A stretch of DNA of 64,000 nt, taken from assembly GCA_964016885.1 (NCBI GenBank), contig OZ024740.1:128464001-128528000 (forward strand). Direction: 5' to 3'. The position numbers and the translations under genes were made by a program. The stretch comes from Eledone cirrhosa. Taxonomy: Eukaryota. The notes beneath the pieces were generated by a model. That model was given only the letters and a program-made list of their open reading frames with translations, was not told the origin of the DNA and made no database searches. The stretch's first letter is position 1. Every line of letters begins with the position of its first letter. Shown piece after piece: positions 13,980-27,446 of this stretch.

Positions 13980-14141
13980 CCGGGAAAGTTAACCTCAAAC
14001 CCACAGAGGTTAACTTTTCCTTTCATCCTTACGGGGTCGATAAAATAAAGTACCAGTAAAGCACTGGGTAATTGCTGGCCTTGTGCCAAAAATACCAGTA
14101 ATGCAATGGATAATTGCTGGCCTTGTGCCAAAAGTAGAAAC
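13980..14141 (+). mobile_element. Rearranged partial copy of the tRNA-derived SINE (short 5' inversion, tandemly duplicated 3' tail)
   Basis: Shares CCTTTCATCCTTACGGGGTCGATAAAATAAAGTACCAG with the 54833 and 56253 copies. The tail TACCAGTAA..GCTGGCCTTGTGCCAAAA occurs twice. Confidence 0.8.
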
Positions 14142-15451
14142 AATTATAAATAATAGTTGAGGGCATTGGGAAAAAGACCCCAGGAATCGGAAAATGTGGA
14201 CTGGAGTGCCGGATGAGTGCGTTAACCATTACGCTAATGATCCGCTGACAACTAATTCTGCACTTTCAGTAGATTTAAGTGAAATGGGGAGACGTTTTCT
14301 CAACTGTCATTTATTCTAATAAATTATGACCATTACTACATGGGGACTTCTACGTTTCAAATTTAAACCTTCTCCAATACTTCTTAAGTGTTATAATCTG
14401 CTACCTCTCAATAATTTACATAGCCTTGGCAGGTGGCGCGTTAAAATTGCTAAGGCGTCTTACAAAATCCTTTGCTGTATTTAGGTTCTATCATGTATGT
14501 TTGGTATTCAAATAATTCCGAAGTCATGTATGTTTGGTGTTTATCATTCCAGGGTCGATGAAATGAAGTACCATTTAAGTACTGATGTCGTTTAAACCAC
14601 TATATCAATCTGTATTGCCCTGTGTTGAATTTAGAGTTTAATATCATATCTCCTTTAATTTGGAAGTGGCAGGTTTGAATTATATTCCCATGTATGTTAT
14701 AATATAAATTCTGCTGGAAGGGCATCTTTTTTTTAAACTAATCAACAGGCTTATCAATGTTGCAGGTATTTTTAATGCAGCTAATTGTTTTATTGCTGTT
14801 ATGTTTAGCCACCAAGTCTGTGTTTATAGATTAGGCCTATTATAAACAATATATACTAACCTATACGTTTTTCCCAGAGTATCCAATGTAGCCATCATTT
14901 TTACAGCAGTAATGAATGTGATTTGTGACATATTGTTGCCATATCTTGGAGGTCTTATGAGATTCATCATTGACTAATCGGGGCTTTTTTTTGTTTTTAG
15001 ATAGATTGTTTCAGTCAACTAAATTTGAAGTATAGCTAATAAAATCCCATGACAGTAATGTAATAGTATAGGGATCAAGGACCCAGATATTTTTGATATC
15101 CCACTGAAAAATCCGTGTGGATGTAGATATTTTCAAGAAACACGTAAACGTTCTACTTGATAGAAAAATCACAAATGAACGCAGAGGTTTCAAACTGCCT
15201 CCTTCGTCAAATGCTAACCAGAGAGCATGGCTATGGAAAGTTTCTCAACGTGGCTCCTGTCTGGTGGCTGGAATAGGTAAAATACTATGAATATATATTG
15301 AATTATGATGTCCGTCTGTTGCGTTACTTACAAAATTCTGTTCTGTTTCTGACGCATGAAAAAACAGTACAGTAATACATAAAATATTAAGCAATTAAAC
15401 AGAGTATACTGCATATAATTCCTCTATCTAGAGTCTAGTGTCAACGTGAAG

Positions 15452-15690
15452 GGGCGTGGTGTAATGATAGTGTTTACAGCCACAGATTCTTAAGATCCGT
15501 TCACGCCGAAGAATTGTATCTTTTAGCAAAACACATTATTTCACGTTGATTCAGTTCATACGTCTATCAAAAGCTGAGTTGTACATGTATTTCAAGATGC
15601 CAGCCTTGTCACATATTGTTACGCTGGATCTTCCTGAGAATACGTTAAGGATGCAGGCGTCAATGGAATGCTCATACATTTGTACATACA
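15452..15690 (+). mobile_element. Possible old SINE of a second family
   Basis: A tRNA-like A-box start, GGGGCGTGGTGTAATG; the rest is heavily decayed. Confidence 0.3.
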
Positions 15691-15821
15691 AAGAGATGGG
15701 GAGGGCGAGAGCGATAGATGTGAAGACAGTGGAAGTTCGGCTATCGTGTGTTCAGACCTGGTGTGCAGTGTTGATCTATAGGTTTGTAATTATAGCAACT
15801 TTTCAATTATGTTCTTCATAT

Positions 15822-15866
<45 letters not shown>

Positions 15867-16014
15867 CGAAAAATCAGTGATGCATCTGATCTCAATTTAT
15901 TGTGTGTTACAATTGTTTCGCCGGTGGACAGCTCGAGATACGATCAGTGTGTGGATCTGTCTGATTCTGGATCTGCAGGTTCAACGGACACGTCTAATGA
16001 TTTCGGAGCAAATT

Positions 16015-16055
<41 letters not shown>

Positions 16056-16057
16056 AC

Positions 16058-16098
<41 letters not shown>

Positions 16099-16671
16099 TA
16101 TATATAGGGATAGTAACACCCAGTTATTGTAGGTTCACCAAAGTATAAGCGGCTCCGTTTTTTGAATAACTGGAACGCTCATCGTAAGTACCGTCGGAGT
16201 TGAAGCACACACACACACACACATTGTCTTTTTTTTTTTGCTTATGCAACATAAGAGTATATACTTGTAGACATTCCTCTTGTTAATGGCGTGGTCACGT
16301 TGTTTCATTGCAAACAATTCTTCTGCGATGATAATGTAGTGTGTCATGCCTACGGGGAATAAATTTCATAACACATACATTCTCACACACATTCACACAC
16401 ACACACGCACACATGCACACACATGCGCACGCCGGCATGCATATGCATCTGCCTACTTGTTTCTTTCAACCATTTTGTTCTATCCATACATGCATACACA
16501 AACACGCATATTTGTATATAAATTCCAAGCTAGAAGATTGATATGTCTTTTGCTTCAGGCAGAATCATATCAATACCAACATCTCTGATTCCAAGAATAT
16601 GGGCAATGATTGATAAAGCATCAGTAACACGTGTTTATATACGTGTTTATGTATATATATATATATATATA

Positions 16672-17575
16672 AAGGTTTAGGAGCCCCACGGCAGAGCTCA
16701 AGCCGTTTCGACGGCTATTTCTGGACTAAATTCAATTTTTAGCGTGGTAATGAAATAGCCGAGCTTTTCAATGGGTTATTCCATATATGGGTATGCACTA
16801 ATCAGGTATTTCAAAAGGATTGGTCGAAGTTTCTTGTAAACACATTTAAATATTTCATGGCAGTGGGTAGGGGTGGGGGTGGCTGAACTTGCCTGTAGAA
16901 CAATGAGGGAGATGTAATTATTTTCTTTTTTCCCTTTATCACTTCCTCTCACTTTCTTTCACTCCCTTTCCCCTTCCTTTTCCATTTTCCTCTTTCGCTT
17001 ACCCTGAGGCAGCCCATCGGGCTTTTGTGACCTCAGTACCACCACGCCGTGAATTCTATATAACATTGGCTGAAAACGCAACACCAGCTAAAAATATAGC
17101 AGCTGTTTTAGACACTAGTTTTTTTTAATTCTATAATTTTCAGATTCCTGTATAATTCTATTTTCGGTTCCTTTCTATCTAGCCTAGTTCATCAACACTC
17201 CTCAGAATTTGCTGTATAGAATTTACTTTTAACGCTTGACCGGCTTCACCTACTCCCTCATTGTTCTACAGGCAAGTTCAGACACCACCACCCCTACCCA
17301 CTGCCATGAAATATTTAAATGTATTTACAAGGAATTTAGACCAATCCTTTTGAAATAGATGATTATCGCATGCCCATATATGGAAATACACCTTGAAAAG
17401 CTCGGCTATTGCACTACCTCGCTAAAAATTGAATTTAGTCCAGAAATAGCAGTCGAAACGGCTTGAGCTCTGACGTCAGGGTCCTGAACATTTTTCTATT
17501 ACCCACTCTACTACCCAAAGATCGAGTACTCTGGTGCGTTATGGTTCACCTGATTCCTTACCACACTTCCTTCAT
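16672..17575 (+). mobile_element. Long form of palindrome-plus-tail family 1 (arms ~233 bp, spacer ~340 bp, one-sided tail)
   Basis: 16679-16911 is the reverse complement of 17253-17485. The tail at 17497-17565 matches 63711-63780. (TA)n lies on both sides. Confidence 0.8.
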
Positions 17576-18084
17576 TATATATATATATAAAGTTGTATTC
17601 CTGTCTGTTTGTTTGTTCGTTCATGAACTACTCCTATGGTTTTGGAGATAGGCCCCCGTAACCATATATATTCTAAAACTACATTGCCCAGGGTACTTGG
17701 ATAAGTATATTTCATTTTAATCAAAGGTTTCCCGGGCGGGGGCACAAACCCCCATTGAACATTTTTTCCCTTCGATTTATATGAAATTTAAGCCATAGGT
17801 AAATGACAAGATATAGACCCTATTCACAAAAGTTTTGAATTGATATTTTGAAAACAAATTATTTACAAGAAACAAAATAAGAATAAGATTTAATAATGTA
17901 ATTTTGAGTTGATATATTACAAAAAATAATGTTTTCCAATTTTTCATGCATTACATTTTACATTGAGTAATATTGAAATGCAGAGTTTTTATCCATAAAT
18001 TATATCACTGATTTAAAATCAATCATAATTTTCTTACAAATAAAAATGTGTAAAACGCAGCAAGGCGCGGGTAATTCGGCTAAT
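17576..18084 (+). mobile_element. Possible non-autonomous Helitron
   Basis: The start TATATATAAAG..GTCTGTTTGTTTG is typical of small animal Helitrons. There is a GC-rich subterminal hairpin (CGCAGCAAGGCGCGGG) and a CTAA end (degenerate CTAG). Confidence 0.45.
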
Positions 18085-18179
18085 ATATAAGAAGTTGACG
18101 GGACTAGTATACGTTTCCCTGCTATATATATATATATATATATATATAATAATTTGACAGGACTAGCATACGTTTCCCT

Positions 18180-18222
<43 letters not shown>

Positions 18223-18559
18223 ATAAATATATATACACATATATATATATAAATCAGCTCTAACAATGCACAATGTGGTTTTGTATATTTATTCATATCT
18301 CCGTCTGTAATTGTTTAGCTGTTACACACATACACACGCACTCATATATACACATATACTCATAAATACACATATACACATACATTAGACAGATACCTTC
18401 GCATGAAATATACACATGCCTGTTTGGTGTAGAAGTAGCACTGAAAATGAATCGAAAAGTGGGAAAGAGGAAACCGCTTTTTTTGAAGATATGTAAGACT
18501 GTATCGATGTATGTATATATTATACACACACACACACTCACACAAACATACATACATTC

Positions 18560-18592
<33 letters not shown>

Positions 18593-19004
18593 CTAGCATT
18601 GGTCAGTAAAAATGAAGTCATTTATAGTAATAACATATAATTTAGTAATTTCTTGAATACAATAATATATGTAAATTTCTCCCTCATGCGCTCCGGCCAT
18701 CCCGTGTTTCATTTTACATTCATTTAAATCAATTACAATGAATATATTTCATGCTTTCATATTTTCCATAATCATCAAATGTATCTCCAATAAATTGCGA
18801 TGACGTTTTTCTACGTTGGTGTCTAGCTAGCTATTTTTGGACTGTTATGCTATTGGGTTTCATACTGTTGTTATTGTTGTTCTTGTTCGAAGGTAGAGAG
18901 AAAGAGAGATATGTTTAAGAGAGAGAGAGCGACACACAGGTAGATATATATATATACATATATATACATATATATATACATGGATAGATACGTAGGTAGG
19001 TAGA

Positions 19005-19020
19005 GAGCTAGGTAAACAGA

Positions 19021-19098
<78 letters not shown>
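19005..19098. repeat. (GATA)n/(GA)n microsatellite
   Basis: Read directly from the sequence. Confidence 0.95.
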
Positions 19099-19101
<3 letters not shown>

Positions 19102-19289
19102 AGTCAAACACAAATATAAAAAGAGACTGAAACACAAATACCTAGACAGTCAAATAGATATATAAGTAGTTAGACAAATAGATGAATATTGATTTTAGTG
19201 TCCGAAGATAGATAGTTACACAGGTAGATAGCTATAGATAAATGTATACATACATACACGCCTGCATAGAAAGCGGCGCCCTAGCATGG

Positions 19290-20500
19290 CAGCAGTCTAC
19301 TGACAGAAATTAGTAAAACAAAGACATGCAAGGAGATTGTCGAGTCTAAGCTAGCTGATAAACAGTATGTCTTTCGCCCCGGACGCAACACAGCCGACCA
19401 AATATTCACACTGCGGCAGGTCTTCGAGAAATCGGCCAAAAGTACAGCCAATTGTTTTATCGACCTGAAACGGTAAATTACCGCGTTCCTCGATACCTGC
19501 TGTGGAAGATTGTACGTGAATATGGGTTCGATGGTCAGTTTCTTAGGCCCTGATGTCTCTATATGAATGCCCGAGTATTTTTTTTTTTCGAATAAATGCT
19601 GGTAAATCGAAAGTATGTGTGAGTCGCATTCCGCCAAGGGTGGGTACTGTCAGCACTCCTGTTCATTTTCTACATGAAATGTATTGATAGTCATAGACGG
19701 GTTGAAAGTGGTATCATGACTGGCAGGTGTGTAATCAGTGGGCTGTAATTTGCAGACGACATGCTTTAGTGAACTCGACTTGCATTTGATAGCTTTAATG
19801 CCGAGTGCTGCATGGCTGGAATGAAAATCAGTGCTGCTGAAACTGAGACACTCGTCCTCTCAAGGAAGCTTACGCAGTGCACTCTACATGTGAATGGAGT
19901 CTCACCGAAGTAGGTAGATAAGTTCAAGTATCTCGGGGCCGTATTCACTAGTGATAGAATATAGGAGGCTAAATTATGTGCAAGAATTGTAGGAGCTGGA
20001 GTACTAATGCGCCAGCTTCAGTATTCGGTAACGAAAGGAATGGAGGTTGGCGCAAAAGCCAAACTGGCTATCTTCAATTCGGTATTGGTGCCAACCCTAA
20101 TATTAGGTCATGAATCATGTGTAATGACCGACAGAATACGATCGTGAAAACAAGAGACCAAAATGAGGTTCCCTCGAAGGGTCTTTGCAGTAACGTTACT
20201 CGAGAGAGTGCGAAGTTCGGAGATCCGAGAGTCACTCAAGATTGAGCCGCTACTTCACCGAATTGAGAGATCGCAACTCCGATACTACGGGAATGTGGTT
20301 AGAATGTCTAAGAAAAGAGTTGCTGGAGAGATTTTACAGGTAAACCAAACCGGCAAGTGACTCAAGGATAGACACCAAGCAAGATGGTTGGATAACATCC
20401 AGGGGTTTGTCAGGTTTCGCTTGGGGATCCAGTCGGATCATTTGGAGAAGATGGCCTCTGACAGTACCCGTAGGAAGGAGTGTTTGATGTCTCTGCACTC
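19290..20500 (+). mobile_element. Degraded 5'-truncated RTE-clade LINE (Rex3/Expander-like)
   Basis: Motifs: EIVESKL..QYVFRPGRNTADQIFTLRQVFEK, FADD (~19750), FKYLG, RSSEIRESLKIEPLLHRIERSQLRYYG. Confidence 0.85.
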
Positions 20501-20529
20501 ATGTCCATCTCTAAATGCAAATAAGAGTA

Positions 20530-20991
20530 ATCAGCCCATGTACATAGGTGTCAAAACTATGTTTTTGCCCATATTGAGTTCCAGCAGAGAGCAAGTTAAC
20601 CGAGCATTGTCTTGATAACGAACAGAATCAAAAACGATATCATCGACAGTCACTTACCCTTCACTTCTGACCTCTTAGGCAGGCTTGGGTCCCATATCTC
20701 TAACATACATTTCCTTATTCTACAGATTGCACTGGGGCCGTTCTATCACAGCACCAACGTTAGGGATGTCATATATTTGAAACCCACAAAATATCCCTCT
20801 CGATACTTTGACAGATAAGCTTTCTGTAGTTGAATGCTCTTCATATCACCAACCGTTTGCTGTGTGTCCTGGGTACGATGTATTGTGACACTAACACTCG
20901 AGTGGTTATCGTTACTTTGACACAAGTAGAGTTCTCTCAAGCTTTTGTTTAAAAACTTTCTCCGAATGGACGCCTTTCTAACGTCAACCAT
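20530..20991 (-). pseudogene. Possible highly diverged relic of a Tx1-type ORF1
   Basis: VSVTIHRT..IQLQKAY and VTVDDIVF..IVLTPMYMG loosely parallel CTVTYRT..QIQKAL and ATVDVLF..MVLVPSYCG of ORF1 in copy C. Confidence 0.3.
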
Positions 20992-21103
20992 TTAAAATGA
21001 TGTATTAATTGCATTAGAAAGTTTAACGACCATTGGTACACTGAAGCGTCACCTCTATCCTATGGGATGGGGATGTTGAGAATGGTTTATATATGTATGT
21101 ATA

Positions 21104-21167
<64 letters not shown>

Positions 21168-23344
21168 ATTCAATTTAAATGATATATGTAAATGTATAGG
21201 GAGAAAGAGCCATATATCGTTTGAGAATCACGTAGTATTTTGTACCTATATAAAGCACATATTATGTAGGAAAAATACGTACGTTAATGTGGAAAAGTTC
21301 TCCCTATGGTACCATTTCATGGTTCCTAAACCATAACAAAAATCGATCATCGATCACGAACTATCGATTTTGGTAAAGATACGGTTGACGAGAACAAATC
21401 ACCAGAGGTATTCGTCTTTGGATAAGTTCCAATAGATTATAGAGTATAAAATACTTTTATATCTGTCGGGATCCGAGAGTTAGGCCGAAACCATAGACAG
21501 CATGGCGAGAGAACGTTTTAACTAAGGGGGCAAATATAAACAGGACTGGATATCGTATCCGCTAGAAATAAGTGCATAGACCTGTGTGTATATGCGTGGG
21601 TGTATATAATTCAAGAAACAACTTATTAGCAAGCGTAATTTTCTTGTACGAAGAAAGTAAATTAATTATCTGTTTTCCTTCAATACTGATGTTTGTGCTC
21701 GCCGTTAAGAGTTCGGTTTAGCTAACCTGTTTTGCTTTGTAATGCTTGTTAAAGTGATATGTTCAAATTACACGTCTCTCTCTGTTATCGCTAGTCAACA
21801 TTAATAGCGTCAATTCATCACCTTTATGTGTCGTCACTGTTACGTATGTCAACTGTAATAGGCACCTAGGGTTAATAAATATATTGCATTTCTTTGCTCG
21901 GAATCATCGCCATCGGAATTTCACTTAAGAACAAACACAAAAATATAACAGTCAAAGTGACCAAACAGTAGAAAAACGACTGGTGCTGCGAAGTTTTAAA
22001 TTCGAGCAGCTTAATTGCTCAATGACATAAACATTATTCACTGAAATATTTTCAAAACTGTATTATTATGTAATATATGCGTGTCAGTTATCATAATATG
22101 ACGTTTATTTCCAGAGCTTCCTCCGGGTATAATGTGCTCATTATCTCATTCACAATGCGGGAAATATCCAAGTGATAGACACAAGATAGACTGCTGTTTT
22201 TGCTTTTATTAATATTGTTTAGAATTCATTATATATAAATATATACTATAAATCACACATAAACACATACCCCCCACACACACAAATACATTCACAGACT
22301 CATACGCACAAACATACAAACTTGCTTGAATATGTTGAAATTTACGAATACATAAATGAAACCGAAATATACTAGGCATATTATACTATTAGAATCCATA
22401 TTGTGTTTTATATATGGTTTATTCTAATCACATAGGAGCGTGTCGGTGTGTTTTGTTTATTTGTTTGTGTACTTTGTATCAGAAAGGAAAGGAAATGGTA
22501 AAAAAAAATAATTAAAATAAATTTGTTTGAATGATACCGAAGAATAAAAAGTAACACAATAAAAAAGCAAAAAAAAAAAAAAAAAAATAATGAACAAAAC
22601 CAAAACCAAAGTAAAACGTATTTCATATTTCGAAAAGTTGTATTACAGATGGATGCACTTTTTAACGTGAATCAGCAGTCTAGCGTGAATTGGTGGTTCT
22701 TACATTTCAGCTTGGTAGAAAAGAAAAGCTTCGACTAAGACTAACGTTAAAGATTTCTCGCTAGAGAACTTCAACAGATATGATCTCGTTTAATATTCTT
22801 ACGACTTTTCAAGGATTAGAATTGGATATTTCATCACACGATGAATCACTGTATTTGGAAGCTCACTCACAGTTCCATGTTTTACTGCTAAAGTTATCTC
22901 AGGTGTTTTTATTTTTTAATTTTGTATCCTTGTTATTTTATTTGAGAGGGAGGAAAAGTATAAAAAAAAAAGAACAAAAACATGAAAACAGTGTGCATAT
23001 ACTACGCAAGAAAAGGGGAGAAAATAATATTTCCATAAAGCTTGCTTGTAACTTTACTTTCTGCATATTACAATTTGTATGACTGGAAACTTTAAAGGTG
23101 GAATAAGGGTTTTTTTCCATTTAGTTTTTATGCAAACGAAAATGCAGATTTACAGAGAAGGAATTTAAAAGTAGGAGCATAGAAGTATTTAAGAAATGGA
23201 TCACCAAAGTTAAAGTTACTGCTCAACGAAGAATGAAATCTGGACGCGAATTCAGTAAAGCGGGAACATCTCACACCATTCTAAGCAACATACTATGCAA
23301 ACGCACTCACATACATATATACATATATATATATATGTATATGA

Positions 23345-23386
<42 letters not shown>

Positions 23387-23408
23387 TCATATACATATAT
23401 ATATATGT

Positions 23409-23499
<91 letters not shown>

Positions 23500-24156
23500 A
23501 AATGAAAATAAAAGTTACGGGCGATAGAGGGTAATATCCATCGTATTTGGAATCACAGGTATTTCTTCGCGTTAGAGACAAGATACCTCAGCCTAGGGCA
23601 AGCAATAACTAAAATAATTAAATAAGTTCTTTGGATGAAAATGGGGGGTGGGGGGTGGGGTGGAGAAAAACAGATACAAAAAGTAAAGCAACGTAAAGAC
23701 AGGAAAACAATCTCGTCAACAACTCTTTTCGAACATAAGTTCTGGCAAGTTTGACTAGAGAACAGACACGTCTCCACTGTAGTAGTGTGAGCGAGACAAG
23801 AGACTGTTTGCAGTGGCGGACGAAGAAGGAGTGAGATAGCGGAGGAGGTGACTAGCAGAGAGGGAGTGAATGAAAGTATAAGTAAGCGAGAAAGAGATAG
23901 GTATAATGGCAGACTTGCAGAGAGAAGGTGACTAGCAGAGGTGTGGGCGAAAGTAAGGGGGAGAAGGGTAGAGAAGGGGGTGAGAGATGATAGCAACAAG
24001 GGGAAAGAAAGGACGGGTCACATATATATATGCATGTATACTCATATATGTGTGTTTATAACCGTGCCTTTCTATCCAGCTACCACGTTGCATCACTGTC
24101 AGTAGCCTATCTGTCTGTCCCTCTGTCTGATGCCAGTCTCTCCTCGTTCTATTTGT

Positions 24157-24239
<83 letters not shown>

Positions 24240-24240
<1 letters not shown>

Positions 24241-24427
24241 CGAAGGAAAAGAGGTAAGGAACCAGGTGGACCATAACGCACCAAAGTACTCAATACTTAG
24301 GGTAGTAGAGTGGGTAATAGGAACGAGTAGGACCCCGACGGTTGAGCTCAAGCCGTTTCGACGGCTAATTCAGTCCAGAATTAGCCGTCGAAACGGCTTG
24401 AGCTCAGCCGTCGGGGTCCTACTCGTT

Positions 24428-24431
<4 letters not shown>
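24240..24431 (-). mobile_element. Short form of palindrome-plus-tail family 1
   Basis: A near-perfect 110-bp palindrome at 24320-24429 with the tail at 24250-24319, embedded in (TA)n. Nearly identical to the reverse complement of 63599-63780. Confidence 0.85.
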
Positions 24432-24511
<80 letters not shown>

Positions 24512-24512
24512 A

Positions 24513-24514
<2 letters not shown>

Positions 24515-24547
<33 letters not shown>

Positions 24548-25632
24548 TTTCATTTATTAGCCACAAGGGCCGACATGTAGGGGACAATACAAAGACAGGG
24601 ACAGTGGGGGTTTACAATAAGGTCGAGTAAAAGTGCACAACGGCAAGACTAATTTAACAATGAAGACGTAAGAATATAAAATAAACTATGCATAAATATA
24701 ACAAAATAAATTCCCCGATAGGGGTGAACGACTCTGGGGTGACACGGGTACCCCACCAATCCTGAACCACCCTGCGTTTCTAGGGCACCCAGGGAGAGCA
24801 CCCCTCTCCTCCATTTAGCTAGCCTATAGGCGCAAGGTTAGAGTAGGCCCATTCACACGAGCCATTCTCGCCACATTCATCCACCTTTTAGCAAATGTAC
24901 TGGGGAGCAGCACTTCTCTCTCCACCCTCACCTTCCTTTCCAGGTGAAACTTGAAGAAGTTGATGAGGGATTGGCCGAAGAAAAAAGTGTGTGTCTTCAG
25001 TCCTTTGAACCTGGTCCACCATATAACCTCTTTCGCAACTGCCACCAGACAGAAGAAAATTTCCTGCTCTTGCAGACCTAAGGAAGGCGGCGGGTCGATC
25101 TTCACTATGGACTCGGCCGATAGCCGGATTCGTTCCACACGCGACAGTAGCTGTCCGACATAACTCCACAAGTCAGTAATGCACGGACATTGGACATGTG
25201 CGTGCAGAACGGTTTAGTCGTTCTGTGCGCATCTTGGGCAGGTCCATGACAGCACTTCCGTTCCTGTAGAGTTTATCCCGAACCGGCAGTGCCCTCCGGT
25301 AGCACTGCCAAGCGAGGGATTTCTGGAAATTGTCCATCGTCTCCGGCTCGAAAGTCCTCCGGTACAGACTGGTCAGTTCGACTTCGTCGAGGCCCAAAGC
25401 TTCTCCGAGTGCGTCATCGCATTTGCCTACCACTAATCCTCTATAGAACTCGAGAGTGGAAATTCTACTGATCGCATTGCCCGCCTGGTAGAGGGCAGTG
25501 AGTGACTGGCAACATTCCAGGTACCAGTCACCCAGTCTCGGTCTCTTCTTGAGCCAGGACTGCAACTCAGTCAAAGAAATGAGCTGCGGAAAGGCCCATC
25601 TGATAAACGGCGACCACACCTGTTCACCGTTG
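24515..25632 (-). mobile_element. Tx1-group LINE 3' fragment (ORF2 C-terminus of the copy-A subfamily, 3' UTR, (ATT)n tail)
   Basis: MDNFQKSLAWQCYR..IDPPPSLG..RWMNVARMARVNGPTLTLRL; ends CCCTTGTGGCTAATAAATGAAATCATTATT. Confidence 0.9.
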
Positions 25633-25659
25633 TGGCAGAATATCTGAATATGTCGTTGT

Positions 25660-26842
25660 AAGGGTCAAAATGACCCAAGTTTCCCCCGGGATGGCCGCGT
25701 CTGTCCTCGTCGAAATTGAGGACAAAACAACCGTACTGCAATTACAGAAAAAAGTACGAGAAGATTGGGTCGGCGCCTCCATTGAGATTTTAATTCAAAC
25801 CGACCAGGAGTGTATCGAAGCTATCTCGGATGTGATAGACTTCGATAACTGCACTCAACTTCCCATAAGTGGTGAGGACAAACGCCCGAAATGCTTTCAC
25901 TGTGTGTCGAAGACTCACCACAGGGCCTTCTGCAATGAGAAGACCCTTAGAAAAGAGAAATTCTCCTCCTTCCGAAACCGGCTCCACTGCTACCAGCAAC
26001 AGGACAGGCGGCAAGCAGGAAGGATAGGTCCGTGGCACCCATACCCACGCCACAGAAATTAAGAACAGCAGCAGCAGTGGAAGTATTAACAACAACAGTA
26101 ATACCAACTGCAGCTGCAACATAGACTCCACTGCAACCATCACCAACAAGAACAAGTGAAAGAGAGGAGTTGGTACCCCTCCCCGACCTCGCAGAATCGG
26201 ACATGGAGTGTGAGGTGGGAGAGGGATGGCAAAAGGTTGCAAGAAGGCACAAGCGCAGAAGCAGCGCATCGTCGCCTTCGAAAGGGGAGGAAAGAAATGA
26301 AAAAAGGGTAAAGGCTACTGCAAAGAGACTTACAGCAGCAGCAACACCACCAACACCATCACCACCCACACTAGCACTGCCATCACCACCGGCGGCAACC
26401 CCACCGCCAACAACAACAACACCTTCAACAAAAGCACCACAAGCACCAACATCGCAAACACATCAACAAAACACACACACCCAGCAACAACGACAAGAAA
26501 ACAGCAAAACAACATCCCACCCACCAATAAAGAAATGCACAACAATAAATACACACAAGAAAATAATGACTTACATAATTGAACACACAGACATTTCACA
26601 GCACGACAACATAATACCAGCACCAATCAAAACACCAACGAACATAAGACTTTAAGAATATCACAGAAAGAATACACTATCATTTCATTTAAAATGAAAT
26701 TCCCCAACGCAGTTGGTGATTTCAGAAATCTAGGAGGGACACTCAACCGGAGAGTATACTCGGATATACTCACAGATGAGCCGACGACCAGCCGAAGGGA
26801 CGGTTCAGCGGTTCCTTCACCAGAGGGTCAAGGTAAGTGATC
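25660..26842 (+). pseudogene. Inverted C-terminal half of Tx1 ORF1 (copy-C type)
   Basis: AASVLVEIEDKTTVLQ..CFHCVSKTHHRAFC..VPLPDLAESDMECEVGE is close to copy C ORF1 but on the opposite strand. It ends at the ORF1 stop context AAGGTAAGTG. Confidence 0.9.
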
Positions 26843-26844
26843 CT

Positions 26845-27406
26845 TTTCGATATCACGAGATAATAATTTATTTTTTGTTTAAGTTGTTTCTGTGTTGGTG
26901 GTGGTGGTGGTGGTGGTGGTGGTATTGTTGTTGGTGGTGGTGGTATCAGTGGTGCTGGCTGTTCTTTTTGACATTGTGGTGGTGGGGGGATGGCGGCTTT
27001 AACCCTTGTAGACATTGGTAATGGCGTGAGATCCATGTCTGTATGTGTCAAATCTAAATAATTGCCACTGCTATTACTTATATTTTTAGTGTTGGCAACC
27101 GTAGCAAGGTTTACAATGGTGGTGGTGGTGGTGGGATATGTTAGTCTGTTAGGAAAGGTGGTAGCACATTTTAGTAGCTGAATGCCGTCCATGCTTTTTT
27201 TCAAAGACAATTTTTGTTTGGTAAATATAAAGTTTACATTTTGGGCTCAAGGCCTCAATATTATTGAGTGTCCTTTTCAGAAAGCAATATATGTGAAGTT
27301 ATAACCGCTTAACAACAAACAATTTCCATAACTGGCAATTTGAAACAACTGAAAGCAACAAACCTTTGTGGAGCTCAAGATAATACGATTTTCTATGTAG
27401 GTCGAC

Positions 27407-27407
<1 letters not shown>
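26845..27407 (-). mobile_element. Tx1 5' end (5' UTR plus ORF1 N-terminus) of the copy-D type
   Basis: Colinear with 39389-38900 (GTCGACCTAC.. versus GGCGACCTAC..; TTIVNLATVANT versus TTIVNVTTFANT). Abuts (TAA)n. Confidence 0.8.

Positions 27408-27446
<39 letters not shown>

Noticed and set aside
15060-15240. Possible CR1/L2-type 3' end (VDVDIFKKHVNVLL)
   Set aside because: Too short and decayed to support.
21380-21510. TTGACGA..CCGAAACCATAGAC hammerhead-like arrangement
   Set aside because: No NUH triplet or stem I pairing could be established.
21560-23300. Unique-looking region that might hold host promoter or UTR exons
   Set aside because: No recognisable coding exon, and splice-like motifs are not above chance without transcript data.
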